DNA of 64,000 nt from Dicyema japonicum (lineage: Eukaryota > Animalia > Dicyemida): assembly GCA_011109175.1 (NCBI GenBank), contig RDEW01000079.1:13446-77445 (forward strand), given 5' to 3'. The notes beneath the pieces are model-generated. The model was not told where the DNA came from. It ran no database searches and worked only from the letters and a program-made list of their open reading frames with translations. A program made the translations under genes and the position numbers. Positions 1 to 13,355 of the stretch are shown one piece after another. How positions within the stretch are numbered: position 1 is the first letter of the stretch; every line of letters starts with the position of its first letter.

Positions 1-2111
1 GAGTGCCCGTATTTGTTTCAAATTTTCTTGAATAGGTTTTTCCGACTCTCACAAGGAGTGTTAGAAAGTAGAATTCGGATCATCCTTAGACTCGATTCAT
101 CAAGAAATCCGCCCAGTACCCCCATTAATTTGTTCCTGTTAACCGTATCAAAAGCTCTTGATAGATCAATTCCCAAAATATTGGTGGCGTTACGGTATCT
201 TTGATATGTTGCACACCTCCATCTGTGACTCCAGACCGCATCAGCTGTGGATCTCCCTTCTCGAAAACCACTTTGACTATCTGGTAGGTATTTGTAAGCA
301 GGTCCTTTTATTCGTTCAAGCACAGTGTTTGCCAAGACTTTGCGTAATGAATTTAGTAGTATGATGGGTCGCAAATTTTCGAGCGGTCCTCTGTTTTTGT
401 TAGTTTTTTGTATGGGGATTAGTAGTCCCGTACCCAGAGGTAGAGTTGAGTTAGTTGAAAACATTTCATTTAGTAGTGTAGCGATTTTTTCAAAAAGGAG
501 GTCAGGGCCGTATTTCAGTAGTTCTGGGTTTATCGCATCTGGTCCGGGGCTTCTGTTATTCTTGAGTTTTCGGCAGGCCGTTTTGATTTCCTCGGCCGTG
601 ATTGGTATCTTAAGGGGTCTTGGCCTTCCATCAAATGGGTGGATTTCTATGGTTTTGATGTTGAAAAGCTTCTCAAAGTGAACCGCGATGGCTTCAGTTT
701 GTTCTTTGGTCTTCAGTATCAGCTTACCGTTCTCGTCTTTTATGGTTAGTCGACTTCGGTTTGTTCGCCGCAGCAAACGGGCAGCGACGTACACCTGTGC
801 GTTGTCTTTCACTTTGTTTACTTCTTCTATACAGGAGGCTATTTCTTCTATGAAAAGCTTCTTGTTCAGACCCTTTATTTTTCTTCTGACACGTTGTCTT
901 TCGCCTTGAAGGGCTTTTATCGCATTAGTGTCAGTGGCATTTGATTTTCTCATATTTATTTCTTTTAGACTTTTCGCAAGCTCGGGAACATCTGGATGAA
1001 TAGCCTTCAGGTGCATTTTACTATTCTCCCTTTTGCCAAGACATGCTTCAGCAGCTTCGTTGATGGTGTCCTTTGTGCGTTTCCAGGCGTCTTCTAGCGT
1101 GGTATCCACCAATACGTCCTGCAAATTAGTCTGAATGTATTGTTGATATCTCTCAGTAATCTCCGGTTGAGAAATCAGCCTTTCAGTCGCGTAGTCGCCT
1201 CTGATTTTTTCAAATTCGTGATTTTTTGCATTCCTGTATTTAGTGGCATGTTTTTTCAGGGTGAAGGTCGCAATAACCATCTTGTGGTCGCTGACAGTCG
1301 TCGAACCTTCATATGAACGTGCGTTTACTAGTAGGTGTTTGTCTTTAGCCCGGCATATGACATAATCGATTTGGTTGTATATTGGAACCAGCTTTCCTTC
1401 TGAGTTCCTTCGCTTCCCCATCCACGTAGTTTTGTGGCAGGCAGGATGCGTAAATGCAGTATTGCATAGGAAAAGGTTGTTTGCCATACAAAAGTGACCA
1501 AGTATTGTCCCGGGTAAATTTCTTATTCCACGTCCATGTTCTCCCAAGAAAACATCATCCGGGTTATTCTTCATCCCGACTTTTGCATTCAAATCACCAG
1601 CAATGAGTATTAGTGATGACGACTCATATTCGTTGTACGTCCGTAACAGTGTTGAATAGAAGTCGTCTAGTTCTGTCGGATCTTTCGCTACTCTCCCGCA
1701 GTGTGGCGCATAAACATTTACAATTGTCAGAAAGCTCTTCGAAGGAGGTAAGTCGTTTAGCCGGATTTGTATAACACAGATCCTTTCATTCACACTCCAT
1801 ATAAGGTGGACTGCACTTGTCAACTTTGAGTGGATGGCAAATCCAAGTCCATAATGTTTTGAGTCGCTCGGCTGACATATAATTCGATATTCGCCAAAGT
1901 TCTCATCAAGGCTACAAGTAACTTTCGTCTCTTGTAGGCACCCAATAGATACGTCGTATCTCTCCAGGTCGTCACAGAGAATCTTCCTCGACCAGGTAGT
2001 AGATAAGCCTCTAGCATTGAACGTAAGGACTTTTAGACGAGATGCATCCCTTTGTATCCCTTGCTTTTTAGACATTTTTCTCAATTGCGATCCAATCAAG
2101 AAACGAGGCAC
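1..2111 (-). mobile_element. RTE-like non-LTR retrotransposon ORF (APE endonuclease + N-terminal half of RT); frameshifted near position 55 and continuing off the window
   Basis: 697-aa ORF with APE motifs (VLTFNARGL, GCLQETK, IVNVYAP, IAGDLNAKVG, NQIDYVI, SDHKMV) and RT motifs (SPGPDAI, NLRPIILL, QSGFREGRST, IDLSRAFDTV). Shifted frame at 1-55 reads LVRVGKTYSRKFETNTG, heading toward the QG motif. Confidence 0.93.
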
Positions 2112-2127
2112 GTCACCACCTCACCAA

Positions 2128-2292
2128 AAAAAAGAAAGGTTAAATAAGGTTAAAATAATTTCAACCCTATAATTTTAAATTTTAACCTAATAATTTTGTT
2201 TAATATACATTTTATAATAAAATATAGTTAAAAATCATTTTAATGATTATTTATTTACTATTAGTAAATTTTAACTTTTTTAAGTTCGCCCT
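2128..2292. repeat. AT-rich dispersed repeat (MITE-like end, finishing in CCCTA); second copy about 3885-4033
   Basis: Shared text aaaggttaaa...ttttaacctaataatttt...aatatacattt..aataaaatatagttaaaaat...tttactatta..aaattttaac...ccta in both places. Confidence 0.6.
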
Positions 2293-2306
2293 AGTCATGA
2301 GTTAAA

Positions 2307-2662
2307 AATTTTTTTTTTATTGATAATTAATTTTTTTAACAATTAAACAAATGTAAGTTGAGGAAGCCTGCTGCGTGGATTGCGAACGAGTTCCCTCAGA
2401 GTATGGCTATTCCAATCTTTTGTCTTAGCCATAACCCTTCTCGTTGATCCCTTTTCTTTCTGGCAAGCAATCCTCCGAGTTCTTGCAAGAATTCAGCCGT
2501 CATTGGACCAACGGCTCCCGATGATTCGGTCGCAACAGGAGTAAATCGGTAGCGATCCCCGAGGCAAGAATATTTCTTGATTTTTAGGTTTTCCGCAGTC
2601 GAAGCAGCTGCTCCAGGTGTCTGAACAGATTTAAAATGTTCGTGCTTGAAAACGTGTCTATG
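2307..2662 (-). mobile_element. 5'-truncated CRE-clade retrotransposon 3' end with A-tail and 16-bp TSD
   Basis: Minus frame KYSCLGDRYRFTPVATESSGAVGPMTAEFLQELG...WLRQKIGIAILRGNSFAI. ctagtcatgagttaaa occurs at 2291-2306 and 2663-2678. Confidence 0.85.
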
Positions 2663-2807
2663 CTAGTCATGAGTTAAATTATATATAAATTTATTAAAAA
2701 TGTCATTTTTGCCATTTTTTGATTTTAAATGCCATAATTTCTTTATGTCGTTTTTGCCATTTTTTGATTTTTTTTTCATAAATGACATTTTTTACTTTTA
2801 ATTAATT

Positions 2808-2955
2808 ATTTGGACCGCTGAGACGGAAAAAGAACGGATGGGCTAACAATCTTTCCGTTCTCTGAGAGAAAATCGCTAATATGGAACTGTACTTGTGTGG
2901 ATTCTTTTTCGAACACGATGATGCTCAGTTCGGTGCAGTCTGCTGGATCGGATAT
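2808..2955 (+). mobile_element. CRE RLE fragment
   Basis: DGKRTDGLTIFPFSERKSLIWNCTCVDSFS, matching the RPDG...WD.T RLE motif in the other copies. Confidence 0.75.
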
Positions 2956-2989
2956 TTAAATACTTTTATTAAGAAAATAATAATAATAA

Positions 2990-3090
2990 GAGAGTAAACT
3001 GCTATATAGCGACTGCCTTGACTGCGTGGCTATTCCCTCTCAGGATAGCGAGCGAGATTCGCTCAAATAACCAACAGCGCTCACGAGGGT
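2990..3090 (-). mobile_element. CRE extreme C-terminal fragment
   Basis: PRERCWLFERISLAILRGNSHAV on the minus strand. Confidence 0.7.
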
Positions 3091-4119
3091 AATATTTATA
3101 TTATGAGAAAATATTTTATTTTGGGAAGAAAAGAGTAAATAGTTTATATTATTCATTTTAGATTCCATATGCCATTTTTAGAAATTTTATTTGCCATAAA
3201 AAATGGGACAATTTATTATCCTACGTAAACGACTTAATAATTGCAACGCGTAATCGATTGAAGCAAATTGTAACCGCTAAACAGGGGATAAATAATACAT
3301 CGATTAAGAATTTAATTGTTTATAACAAAATATATCTAGTTCCTACTATCCCAGAGGCAGAGACCTTCTAGTATCATAAATTTCCATTCAGAATAAAAGG
3401 AAAAGGAAAGAAACTTATTGCAATCGTGGGAACCCCTTCGAGTACCTAATGGAGAGATCGGGTGCGCTGTTTATCGTACGTGGACCTTGCAAGTTTTCCG
3501 AACATACTGGANCATGTTTTGGTAACCAATAAATATGGATTTTCCTTCACTATTTGATTTTTTTGATATTTAATGAAACAAATTTATCAAATTTTCAGCA
3601 TTTTTGTAAAATATACATTTTTAATGAAAATTTGATTTTTTTCTCAATATACATATATTTTGGATTTTTATCAATATATCGATTTTTTGTTCTTGTTAAT
3701 TGCTGTACAGTAGCTATCATCAAATCAATTTCCAGATAAGAGTCTCTTATTTTCTCTCAACAATTGTGTAATAGATGAACGGCTCATGTGACATGGAATA
3801 ACTTGGGGTGAAGATTTTTAAGTATTTTGCTAGCTAAACATAAAATTTTACCTGATTTCATATATTTTGCAGCATCCGAAATTAACAAAAGGAAAGGTTA
3901 AAATAATTTTAACTTCTTTTTAACCTAATAATTTTTTCAATATACATTTACAATAAAATATAGTTAAAAATTTATTTTAATGATTTTTTATTTACTATTA
4001 TTAAATTTTAACCTTTTTAACTTAGTTCCCTAATAATGAGACAACACTATTTAAATTAAAAATTTCATCTTTTTTCAAAATCTACCTGAAGACACTCATC
4101 ACTGATGAATGCTCTCAAC

Positions 4120-5167
4120 TTTCAGGTTTAAAGTTGGTCTTACTAAAAGCAAAGTGGAACAATAAAATTATTTAATAAACCAAGTCATCATTATTTAACT
4201 CCTATGGAACCAACCTCTGAATTCTAGCAATTACGGTGTTGCATAGAGATGGAGTGATTATGCATATGAGTTAATCATACTTTCTTCTAACTTTTGAAGT
4301 CGAAACTCTGTAGTTGACAAAGCTTCTTGTCTCACACCATAAAATATTTTTCATGTCTGTAGCGATGTGTCTATTTACATCAGCTTTGAAAACTGACCAA
4401 ATATTCTCAATTGGTTGAGCATAGGGCTATAGGGACCCAATCTTAAAATTTTATTTCCGATAAATTCATTATCTCTGACAATTTCTTCAATTCCTGAATG
4501 GCATGGAGCATTGTCTACTACTAGTACTACTGGGAAGTTGTATGCTTCCCTGGCATTTCGTAGACAAATTCTCACTCATTCATGGCGGATTCTTTATTAA
4601 TGATCCACGTTTGAATTCATAATGTAACAATCCAACAACCAATGAAATGTACATTGGCATTTCGCGAACTTGTTGCAACGACATTAGCACCTTTTTCCTT
4701 TTTTTGAACGACCCTTTTTACGGGATACGTGCGTGTTGAGATTTGTTTCATCCATAAGTAATATCGGAATTTGCTCTGATTGATATTCAAATAATGAAGT
4801 AATAAAATTTTTTCTTTATTTAATAACACAATAATCTTTATGTTGATCGATAAATTTTTTTGCTTTTGATCCTTCCAGGTTTGTCCTTGTTTTTCAACCA
4901 ACGATGAGTAGTAGTTTCCGGAACATCGAGAGATTTTGCAAGTTCCCTCCAGTCACCATCTCCCTCATAGGCCCCGATACGAATAAAAAATTAAATATTT
5001 GCACAGAGTTGCAATATATATAGTCTTAGTCACTTTTGTTAGTCTTAGTGCTTAGTCACTTTTGCAATTGCAGTTAATCTTAGCTCTATAACAAAAAATA
5101 ATTTTTGTTCCACTTTGATTTTGTAAGAACCACTTTAATTTTTGTAAGAACCACTTTAAACCTGAAA
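4120..5167 (-). mobile_element. IS630/Tc1-like (DDE_3) DNA transposon, decayed, with TIRs
   Basis: Motifs LWMDETNF, VVLVVDNAPCH, LRLGPYSPMLN. Inverted ends tttcaggtttaaagt..tcttac (4120) and gtaagaaccactttaaacctgaaa (5167). Confidence 0.8.
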
Positions 5168-5481
5168 TGGTATAGAATCACTATAAAACTTTTCCTTCGG
5201 ATATCTGTTTCATCAATTATTATAAAAATCTTTTCGTTTCTAAAAGTTAACAATAAATTTTAATACGTTAATAATTTTGTCAACTCATTCATCTTTTTTT
5301 CTGCAAGAACCTTAACCGTAGTTCTGCATGAAAATTCGGACGGAATGTTTTTTTTAATTTTTTAAACATTTTTGATAGAATCATTATTTAAAATGTATTG
5401 TAGGATGTTTGCTTGTTTTGTTATATTCGGTAGGAGAGCAAATTCCTAAACTTTTCTTCCATACTTTTCGTATACCTAATA

Positions 5482-6330
5482 CAGTCGAACCCCGCTCCAA
5501 TAAAACCCCCGCCTTGGGGCACCCTCGCTTTTTGGGGCGATTTTATTTTTAGTACATTTTCTCAAAATTTCTATTGAAACAAAAATTAAAATTGCAAAGT
5601 GTCTACAAACTTCTTCTGAAAGAGAAGTTGCAAAAAATTCAAGATAAGCAAAGACACTATTTCCCGAATCAAAAAAAAACATTTTTTCTGTCATTAATAC
5701 CGGATCAGTCATTTCAAGATTAGTTCAAATAGATGAAGTTGAACCAGTTTCTAATGAAGTCAATCAATTTGAAAAACTTGACGAATTAACTTTTATGTTT
5801 TTCGTCGTTTGAGGATGATTCCTATTCTATTTCGGGTACTTTAATAAAAGCCATCGCGAAAAAAATATCGACAAAATTGAATTATTCAACATCTTTTAAA
5901 GCTCTAACGGTTGGTTAGACAGATTTAAGAAAAGACATGTGGTGAAAAAAAATTTGTGGTGAAAAAAAATTCTGCAGATAAAAGTAATTTGGCAAATTTT
6001 TTCTTTCAATTCGATAATTTGTTGAAAACTTATGGTCATGAAAATATTTTTAACTGTGATGAAACATCTTTGTATGTTAAACAATTTCCTTAAAGATCTT
6101 ATGTCGAATCTATAGAAACATCTCATGGTACAAAATTCAGTAAAAAAGAGTAACAGTTCTCCTTTGCTGTAATGCAGCAGAAAATGAATTAAGACCCCTC
6201 GTTATTGGAAAATACAAATCACCTCGTTGTATGAAAAGTTTGCTTAATTATATTTTAACATAGATTTTGATTGTGAAAAATACGTTATTTTATATGCAGC
6301 GTCAAAAAATTCCTGGATGCAATTTTTTTT
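5482..6330 (+). mobile_element. Tigger/pogo transposon, 5' portion, decayed
   Basis: TA|CAGTCGAACCCG terminus. HTH/CENPB pieces (KDTISRIKK; FKASNGWLDRFKKRH) and DDE_1 start (IFNCDETSL; RVTVLLCCNA; RPLVIGKYKSPRC). Confidence 0.8.
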
Positions 6331-6939
6331 CATTTTTCGATTGTATTTTTATTTTTAATTCTGGAGTGGCTGATAGTAAATTACTTATATCAAAATAGTC
6401 TTTTAACTGCCTCTAGAAAGCTTACTGAAATTATTTTATCAATTTTAGCCGAAAATACAAAAGTTTTAAAATTATTGCAATTTTGTAGTTTAAAAAAATT
6501 TTAACATTTTTAAGACAAGAAAACGGAAAATTATTGCAGACAGAGATAAGATGTCAAGAGACAAAGAATGAAGGAATACAAGAAAATTGGGCTTGTGCTT
6601 GAAATTAAAACTTAAGAAACAGAAAAGGATTATCTATAATCGTATTCAAAATAGTGCAAAATATCTTGCCGAATACAAAATGTTTACCAAAATACGGTAA
6701 GTGACCACACTACCTTCATAGTGCCTGTCTTATTAGACAACGCTGCCACAAATGAAAAAAGACACCAGAAACGCTGTTGGTTCACAAGCGGAGCATTCGA
6801 AGAGAATTCGAGAGATGTTGGAGGCTAAAATCACTTAATTTAGCAAATTAATTTTTTCTTTTTTGGTGGTATTGTGGTTTTAAAATAATAATAATCAAAA
6901 GGATATTTCCTACACTGATGCAAAATATGTCCACTTTCC

Positions 6940-7330
6940 CCATTTCGTTCATGCACCAAAGAGTTCAGGTTCTCACTGCTAGATGTTCACAATTCCAACA
7001 ACCTGTTATTATGGGGAGACCGGAACGCAAAGCATCCGATGCGGTTCAAGATGGCCAGGGGAATCCACTTATTATCAAACCCGAATAATCTAGTGATTTT
7101 AAACACCCTATATACAATACAAGGACTCCTTACAGAGCAAACGACATGGAATCCTCGCCTGACCTTATGATTCTTCCTCTAGAATCTCCACTCTATCCAA
7201 GTGGTCAGTGATTTACGAAATAACAGTGGCCATATTAATATTCTCAATACGTTCAAAAGAAGAGCATCCATTGAAAGGAAACCCTATTATTCACTGACAA
7301 CAAAAATGTCGATTGGAGAAAGTTTTGATA
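6940..7330 (+). mobile_element. LINE APE endonuclease C-terminal fragment (I/Jockey-like)
   Basis: Pieces LLLWGDRNAKHP, NNLVILNT, SSPDL and DWRKF, across frameshifts. Confidence 0.65.
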
Positions 7331-7699
7331 CTTCGTCGACTATTACTTATTTTGTTTCAACGCAGATGACTTCAAACTCTGAAAAGTCATGAATAGTGAT
7401 CTTTACCTCAAATTGAAGACTAACTCTTAACAACAACAGCGATTTATTAACAAAAAAGTTAAGGAGTTTTCTGGAAGTATTACATCGGAGTCCTACCATA
7501 AGAGGAAGAGACGCCTTCCTCCTTTTATTTAATTATTTTTTTTCAGGACGTATCTCCCAGCTTTATATACGTGTCCTGGATCTTTGATCTCGTCTTGAAA
7601 ACTATTGATCCGATCCTCCACAATCCCTGCTAATCGTTCTAAGAGCTTGTTTTCGTCCTCGCTTAGACAGTCTTTCAATTTCTGTTTAAGAAGAGTTTA

Positions 7700-8100
7700 A
7701 TTCCAGCTCTTCTAGTGTTCTATAGGAGGGATAAGATCTTCTCCCTCTTCGAAGAGAAGAACCACTCCTCGCACCCATAAAGTAGGCTAGGAAGAATTAC
7801 TCCTTTGAAGATGAACAGGTAGCGCTAACGTGTAACTTCGTGTACATAGGACGACTGAAAGGCTCTCATTCTCCATTTCGGTTCATGAAATCTCTCCTGC
7901 ATGTCCATAGTCGACCCCAGGTAGCGCAGACTGTGAATTGTTTACTCCCAATGTGTATTCTTGTTTCAGCTGCTTTTTATATTGCTTATTCGGAGTACGC
8001 AAGATTTTTAGGCAGAGAATTTAGCCCTCTCAAGTTGCACCAATACTCAATCTGGTCCACATAAACTTTATATCCACAAATGCAAAGCATCTGGCTGGGA
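7700..8100 (-). mobile_element. LINE RT C-terminal/thumb fragment
   Basis: LRYLG... and VILPSLLYGCEEW on the minus strand. Confidence 0.6.
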
Positions 8101-8399
8101 TCACCAGTTCGATAGCACCCAGAGGGATTTCTTGAGAAAAAGTCCTTGTGGACACTCAATAATATGAATAAATCATAGTACATATATTATTGAAGCACAT
8201 CCTGAAAAAATATTGTTAAAATATAGTTTTGAATATGAAATAAAATAGTCTAACAAATACTAATAAACAAAACTCAAAAATGAACAACGGACGTTAAAAA
8301 CGTTTATTTATTCAATAATAATTATTATTAACCCAAGAACACCAATAGTTAATTTAACTACTAAATTAATTAAGTGATCTCGAAGGCCTCAATCTGAAT

Positions 8400-9000
8400 T
8401 CTCATTTTCTCCTCGTGCGCCTTCTGGGATCCAACACAACTTCTCTGTGGGCGGGGTAGTTTCGGGAATAGGAATTGGATAGGGGTGATGTATACCCTTC
8501 TCATAAGACACGTCGTGGCTGTGTATTGTTGAGAGTTGCACTGCTTGCAAAGGGTAGCAAATCCCTTTCCATTTTGTCTGATAAGGTCTTCAAGTGATGA
8601 GGGTATTAGTTATTCTAGTTTCCGAGATTACTAATAGTAGTGGCTGTTAAGGCCTGAATGTCCAGATTTTTTGTTTGTTCGTCCAGGACAGATTGATTCC
8701 CTTGACGTAATGGCATAGCTGACAGATGGATGAATGAATTGTTTGTACAACAATTTCAAAGCTGGAAAGGGGTTTTAATGCCACCGAAAATAGTTTTGAT
8801 TATTCCTAGCTTTCTTGAGCAGCTTCCAGAGACAGCGTCGACGTGAGATGAAAAAAACATGTGTGTGTCGAAGGTGATCCCCAAGATTATCAGTTTCGTC
8901 GTGAAAGGTATTTTTGTCTGGTTGATAAATATATCCACTGTCATTTGTCCAAGTCGTTTGTCTGAGGTAAATAAAAACGAAAAAGATTTTTTAGCAGATA
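8400..9000 (-). mobile_element. LINE RT C-terminal fragment (I/Jockey-like)
   Basis: INQTKIPFTTKLIILGITFDTHMFFSSHVD, similar to LNNVPIPFTRSQTVLGVILDMHLCFSPQ at about 33000. Confidence 0.65.
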
Positions 9001-9002
9001 TA

Positions 9003-10866
9003 CAGTACGACCCGACTTGCGGGGAAACCCTCTTTTTGGGGAAATATTTTTGCCATCCCTATAAAATAGGATGATTTTTAAATAAATAAACCCTTTACTG
9101 GGGAAAATTTTTTATAAATTTAATATTTATTATTATTTATTTATTCTAACCTGTTTTACCAAATTTATTATCGATAATTTTGAAATTTATTTAAGTTAAG
9201 TTTGACTTAACCAATTAATCCGGTAAGGAATTGTAATTATCAATTTTTAAATTATTCTATAAATTTTAGAAAGCGAATGTTTGGAAAACTAATCAAAGTG
9301 AAAAAATCAGAATTTGCAAGGATATACAGTCAGGTCTCTATAAGGATAAAAAGATTTGTGAAAGATTTAACATCTCTAAAGGAATGCTATGCCGACTAAA
9401 AAGAAAAGGGAAGGAATCCTAGCTTAAGGCTTCTCAACATCCGAAGGGACAATTGGATACGAATTGAATGCCCAAGTTTACGAGATTTTTCGTAATCTCA
9501 GGTCGAAAGGTTTCCCAATCAATGGGCCAACCTTAAAGCTAATTGCACGTAAAATTGCATATAAATATTCAAATCAAGATTTCATTGCTTCCGCGAACGA
9601 CGCTGGCTGTTTGAGTTAATTTCGCTCGCAATTCTGAGAGGGAACAGCCACGCAGTGAGCGGCAGCTAACTGATGTTTTGTTTTTTTATTTGATTTATAA
9701 AATCTTTATTAAAAAAAAAGCAATTCGAAATAAAATTCAGAATATTACATGCCGAATCACAATCAGCTGATAAAGGAGGTGCGGAAAACTTCCGATCGAC
9801 TTTCAATGGTTTGCTTGAAAATATGAAGAAAGAATTTTCAATTGTGATGAAACTACATTATTTTATAAAGCCATTTCCGAAAAGAGTTTGTTGAAAGAAA
9901 TGAGTCACACAGCGACATAAATAAAAATGAACTCCTTTGTGTTGCAGTTACAGAGGAGAAAAATATAAAACGCTAACAATTGGGCGTGCCAAGTCACCAA
10001 TATTATTAAAAAGTGTGAATCTGAAAGAAATCGGCATTGAATATTATTCTTCATGCAAAGCCTGGATGACAAAAAATATTTTTGAAAATTGGTTATTTCG
10101 ATTTAACGAGGAAATGAGGGAGAAAAGAAGAAAAATAGCATTGTTATTTGACAATGCAACATGTCATGCTGTTTCTGCCCAATTTTCAAACGTCAATGTA
10201 ATATTTTTTCCAAAAAACACAACTTCCTTAATTCAGTCACGTGACCAAGGGATGACACAGACATTTAAGAATCATTTCAATAATTGGATGATGAAAACGA
10301 TTATCTATGATAAAAATCCTGTAGCTCAAATAGATGAAGCAATAAAGGGAATTACAATATTGGATGCTATTTTATGTTCGAAATCGGCATGGGGCGAGAT
10401 TACAAAACTTCAATACGACAATGCTTTGAAAATGCATGGAATATGAATATCGGAAAAAGAAAACACCAGAGAAAGTCTGATTGATTCGGATATTGTGGAA
10501 AATGCGATTTTGGAGAGCTTCTGGGGTGATAATAGTAGTGATGAAGAGGATTGCAGCGAACAATTTCTGGAACATTTGGATGATTAATAAACTATAAACA
10601 ATCGGAATGCGCATTCACAATGCTGCTAAATGTTATTAAGAAGAGACTTCGGAAAATGTCCTTGATCTATGCAGATTCAAAGCAAATATTTTGAGTTCGA
10701 TGCGAAAAAAACAAAACACTCGATTAAAATTAACAGATTTTTTATTAAAAAATAAAATTATAATTTCTGTCTTGGTTATATTATTAAGGTTAATATCGAA
10801 CAGGAGAGACCCAAATTTTGGAAAAAACCTCAAAAGGAATATTTTCCCCAATTCGGGGTCGCACTG
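9003..10866 (+). mobile_element. Tigger/pogo transposon, full span, pseudogenised (DDE_1)
   Basis: TIRs CAGTACGACCCG / CGGGGTCGCACTG with TA on both sides. ORF 9937-10446 has KAWMTKNIF..W, LLFDNATCH, FFPKNTTSLIQ..DQG. Confidence 0.9.
9590..9730 (+). mobile_element. CRE 3'-end fragment nested in the Tigger element
   Basis: RERRWLFELISLAILRGNSHAVSGS* followed by a T/A-rich tail, interrupting the transposase after DFIAS. Confidence 0.75.
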
Positions 10867-12839
10867 TATCAAGCCGGTTATAATTTAACCATATTTAAAT
10901 CTTGTGAAGGTATTCTTGTAATCTTCATGATGCGTTAATAGTTATAAATAAAATTTAAATAAAATAAATAAGTTAGATTTACTGTTATTTTTAAATTTTA
11001 AAATGTTTTTACTAAAAATAATTAACGAAAAGGATACATGTCAGCAAACCGAGGGGTTAATTGGTCGGAAGGTTGAGGTAGTATTATACATCTTTTGCAC
11101 ATAATGTCTATTTATTGTCATCACGTGAGCATGGACGAAATGACGGGGTACGAAGACGTTGGAAACTCGAAGTTTTCTCAAAAAGCCGTCTGGTACACCT
11201 ATCATCCGAGTTCGAATTTTGCCCAGCCCAAAGTTAAAGGAACTTGATGGATTATATGTTGACTTTACTTAGAAGTAATATATGATCTTAACCATGCAGT
11301 CAAATGACATTTTTTTGGAAGAGCAATAGGTTTCTCGAAGCTCGTTGCTCACTCTCGATATTATAATTAATCTCCTATTTCTCTTTTCGACAATTCCTCT
11401 TATTCCAATAATGTAGGAAAGAAAGGGATTACGGAAATAATCCTTATGATAAACTGCCATTTGGTAATCCAGTCGTTATGTATTTTGAAGACGACTGTCT
11501 TACCATCTAAGTGTGCCCAAATACATCAAATTTTTGAAAGTATTGATCTATTAGTCTCTCCCTTTAACCTCAAGTATCAGGAATGCGTCTCGATAAATGC
11601 TGTTGCAAAGAAAATAACTAATTTTCCTAGTTCAAAAAACAAAAATATTTAACAACAAATTTGATAACACATATTCAAACTTTTGTGAATAAATCCCCAC
11701 TGAAATGAAAAATATCTGAGCATTGAAGTATTTGTTAAGCCATCTAAATTCTAAAACTCGAGTTTCTTCCAAAAAGTATGTGTTACTTTTTGTAAATTAG
11801 TTAGAGACAATTTCTCAAATATGTTGGATCTCTAAAGGATCATCCAAACTGCTGTGAGAACGTATTCAACTGGCTGATATATAAAAAAGGTTTATATTTT
11901 CTCCAAAACCTCAAAATAACCAAAACTTTAACGGCTAGTTAATATTATGCACGGAAATTTTAAAATATATGCCAGTCGAATTTTTTATATAAAAATCTTC
12001 ATAATAAAGAATATTCCGATGTAATAAACATTTGCTTTCAAATTGCAATGATTCTTCAATTTAATTAGACAATCACGAAAACATCAATTTCCAGTGAAAC
12101 TATTTGTATGTTAGTGCTACATCAACCATACATCAAAGAGGTCAATTTTATAACATCTTCACTGTAACTAGCTTCAGTTTGAATGAAAATAAAATTTGCT
12201 ATATATCCACCTATTATGTAGTGCAAACAATTTCATTTTAGTGATAACGAAACAAGACATAACATGAAATACACGGAATTGTTTAGACAAATTACATATT
12301 TGACGAAATAATCTTCAACGATTAATTTAGGCAATTTACTTATGACTGAAACAGAATTATGGCCAATGTTCAATCGAGCAGGTTTTATTTAGTTAATAAA
12401 GTCTCTTTGGGGAAGAAATAATAATCTTCATAACATATTTCCGTGATTATATTGTTACTATAAATATTTTCTGCAGTCACAGTATCGTATTAAATAAGGA
12501 GTTGTTAATAAGTAACCAACGAATATTATGTCCAGTGGATTTTTTATTACGTTGTTTAATTGTTTTTTGGAAATCCATTCTTCTCATATTATTGAGCATA
12601 CTCTTGCTATCCTTCTATTATAGGAACAACGAAACGGTGAAAATGACAAGATCACAATATACTCTATTCAGAAAATTACATTTATTTTAGTGAGTCGTTT
12701 TTACAATGATTACATCGGAAATAATTACTCCAAAATGACCGTACAGACTTTACAACTTAATAAGCGTTTTTGTTTGTTATGATAATTGTACAACCATGAA
12801 AAAGATTTTTTCCTTTAATCAATCTCTATTAGCACATTA

Positions 12840-13322
12840 NNNNNNNNNNNNNNNNNNNNNNNNNNNNNNNNNNNNNNNNNNNNNNNNNNNNNNNNNNNNN
12901 NNNNNNNNNNNNNNNNNNNNNNNNNNNNNNNNNNNNNNNNNNNNNNNNNNNNNNNNNNNNNNNNNNNNNNNNNNNNNNNNNNNNNNNNNNNNNNNNNNNN
13001 NNNNNNNNNNNNNNNNNNNNNNNNNNNNNNNNNNNNNNNNNNNNNNNNNNNNNNNNNNNNNNNNNNNNNNNNNNNNNNNNNNNNNNNNNNNNNNNNNNNN
13101 NNNNNNNNNNNNNNNNNNNNNNNNNNNNNNNNNNNNNNNNNNNNNNNNNNNNNNNNNNNNNNNNNNNNNNNNNNNNNNNNNNNNNNNNNNNNNNNNNNNN
13201 NNNNNNNNNNNNNNNNNNNNNNNNNNNNNNNNNNNNNNNNNNNNNNNNNNNNNNNNNNNNNNNNNNNNNNNNNNNNNNNNNNNNNNNNNNNNNNNNNNNN
13301 NNNNNNNNNNNNNNNNNNNNNN
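12840..13322. other. Assembly gap (N run)
   Basis: Contiguous Ns. Confidence 1.
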
Positions 13323-13355
13323 GACAGACAGACACACAGACAGACAGACACACAC
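13323..13355. repeat. (GACA)n/(CA)n microsatellite at the gap edge
   Basis: gacagacagacacacagacagacagacacacac. Confidence 0.85.

Noticed and set aside
10900-12839. Possible host gene in the AT-rich stretch (also 16400-17400 and 37100-37900)
   Set aside because: Only short ORFs without recognisable motifs or a consistent splice pattern.
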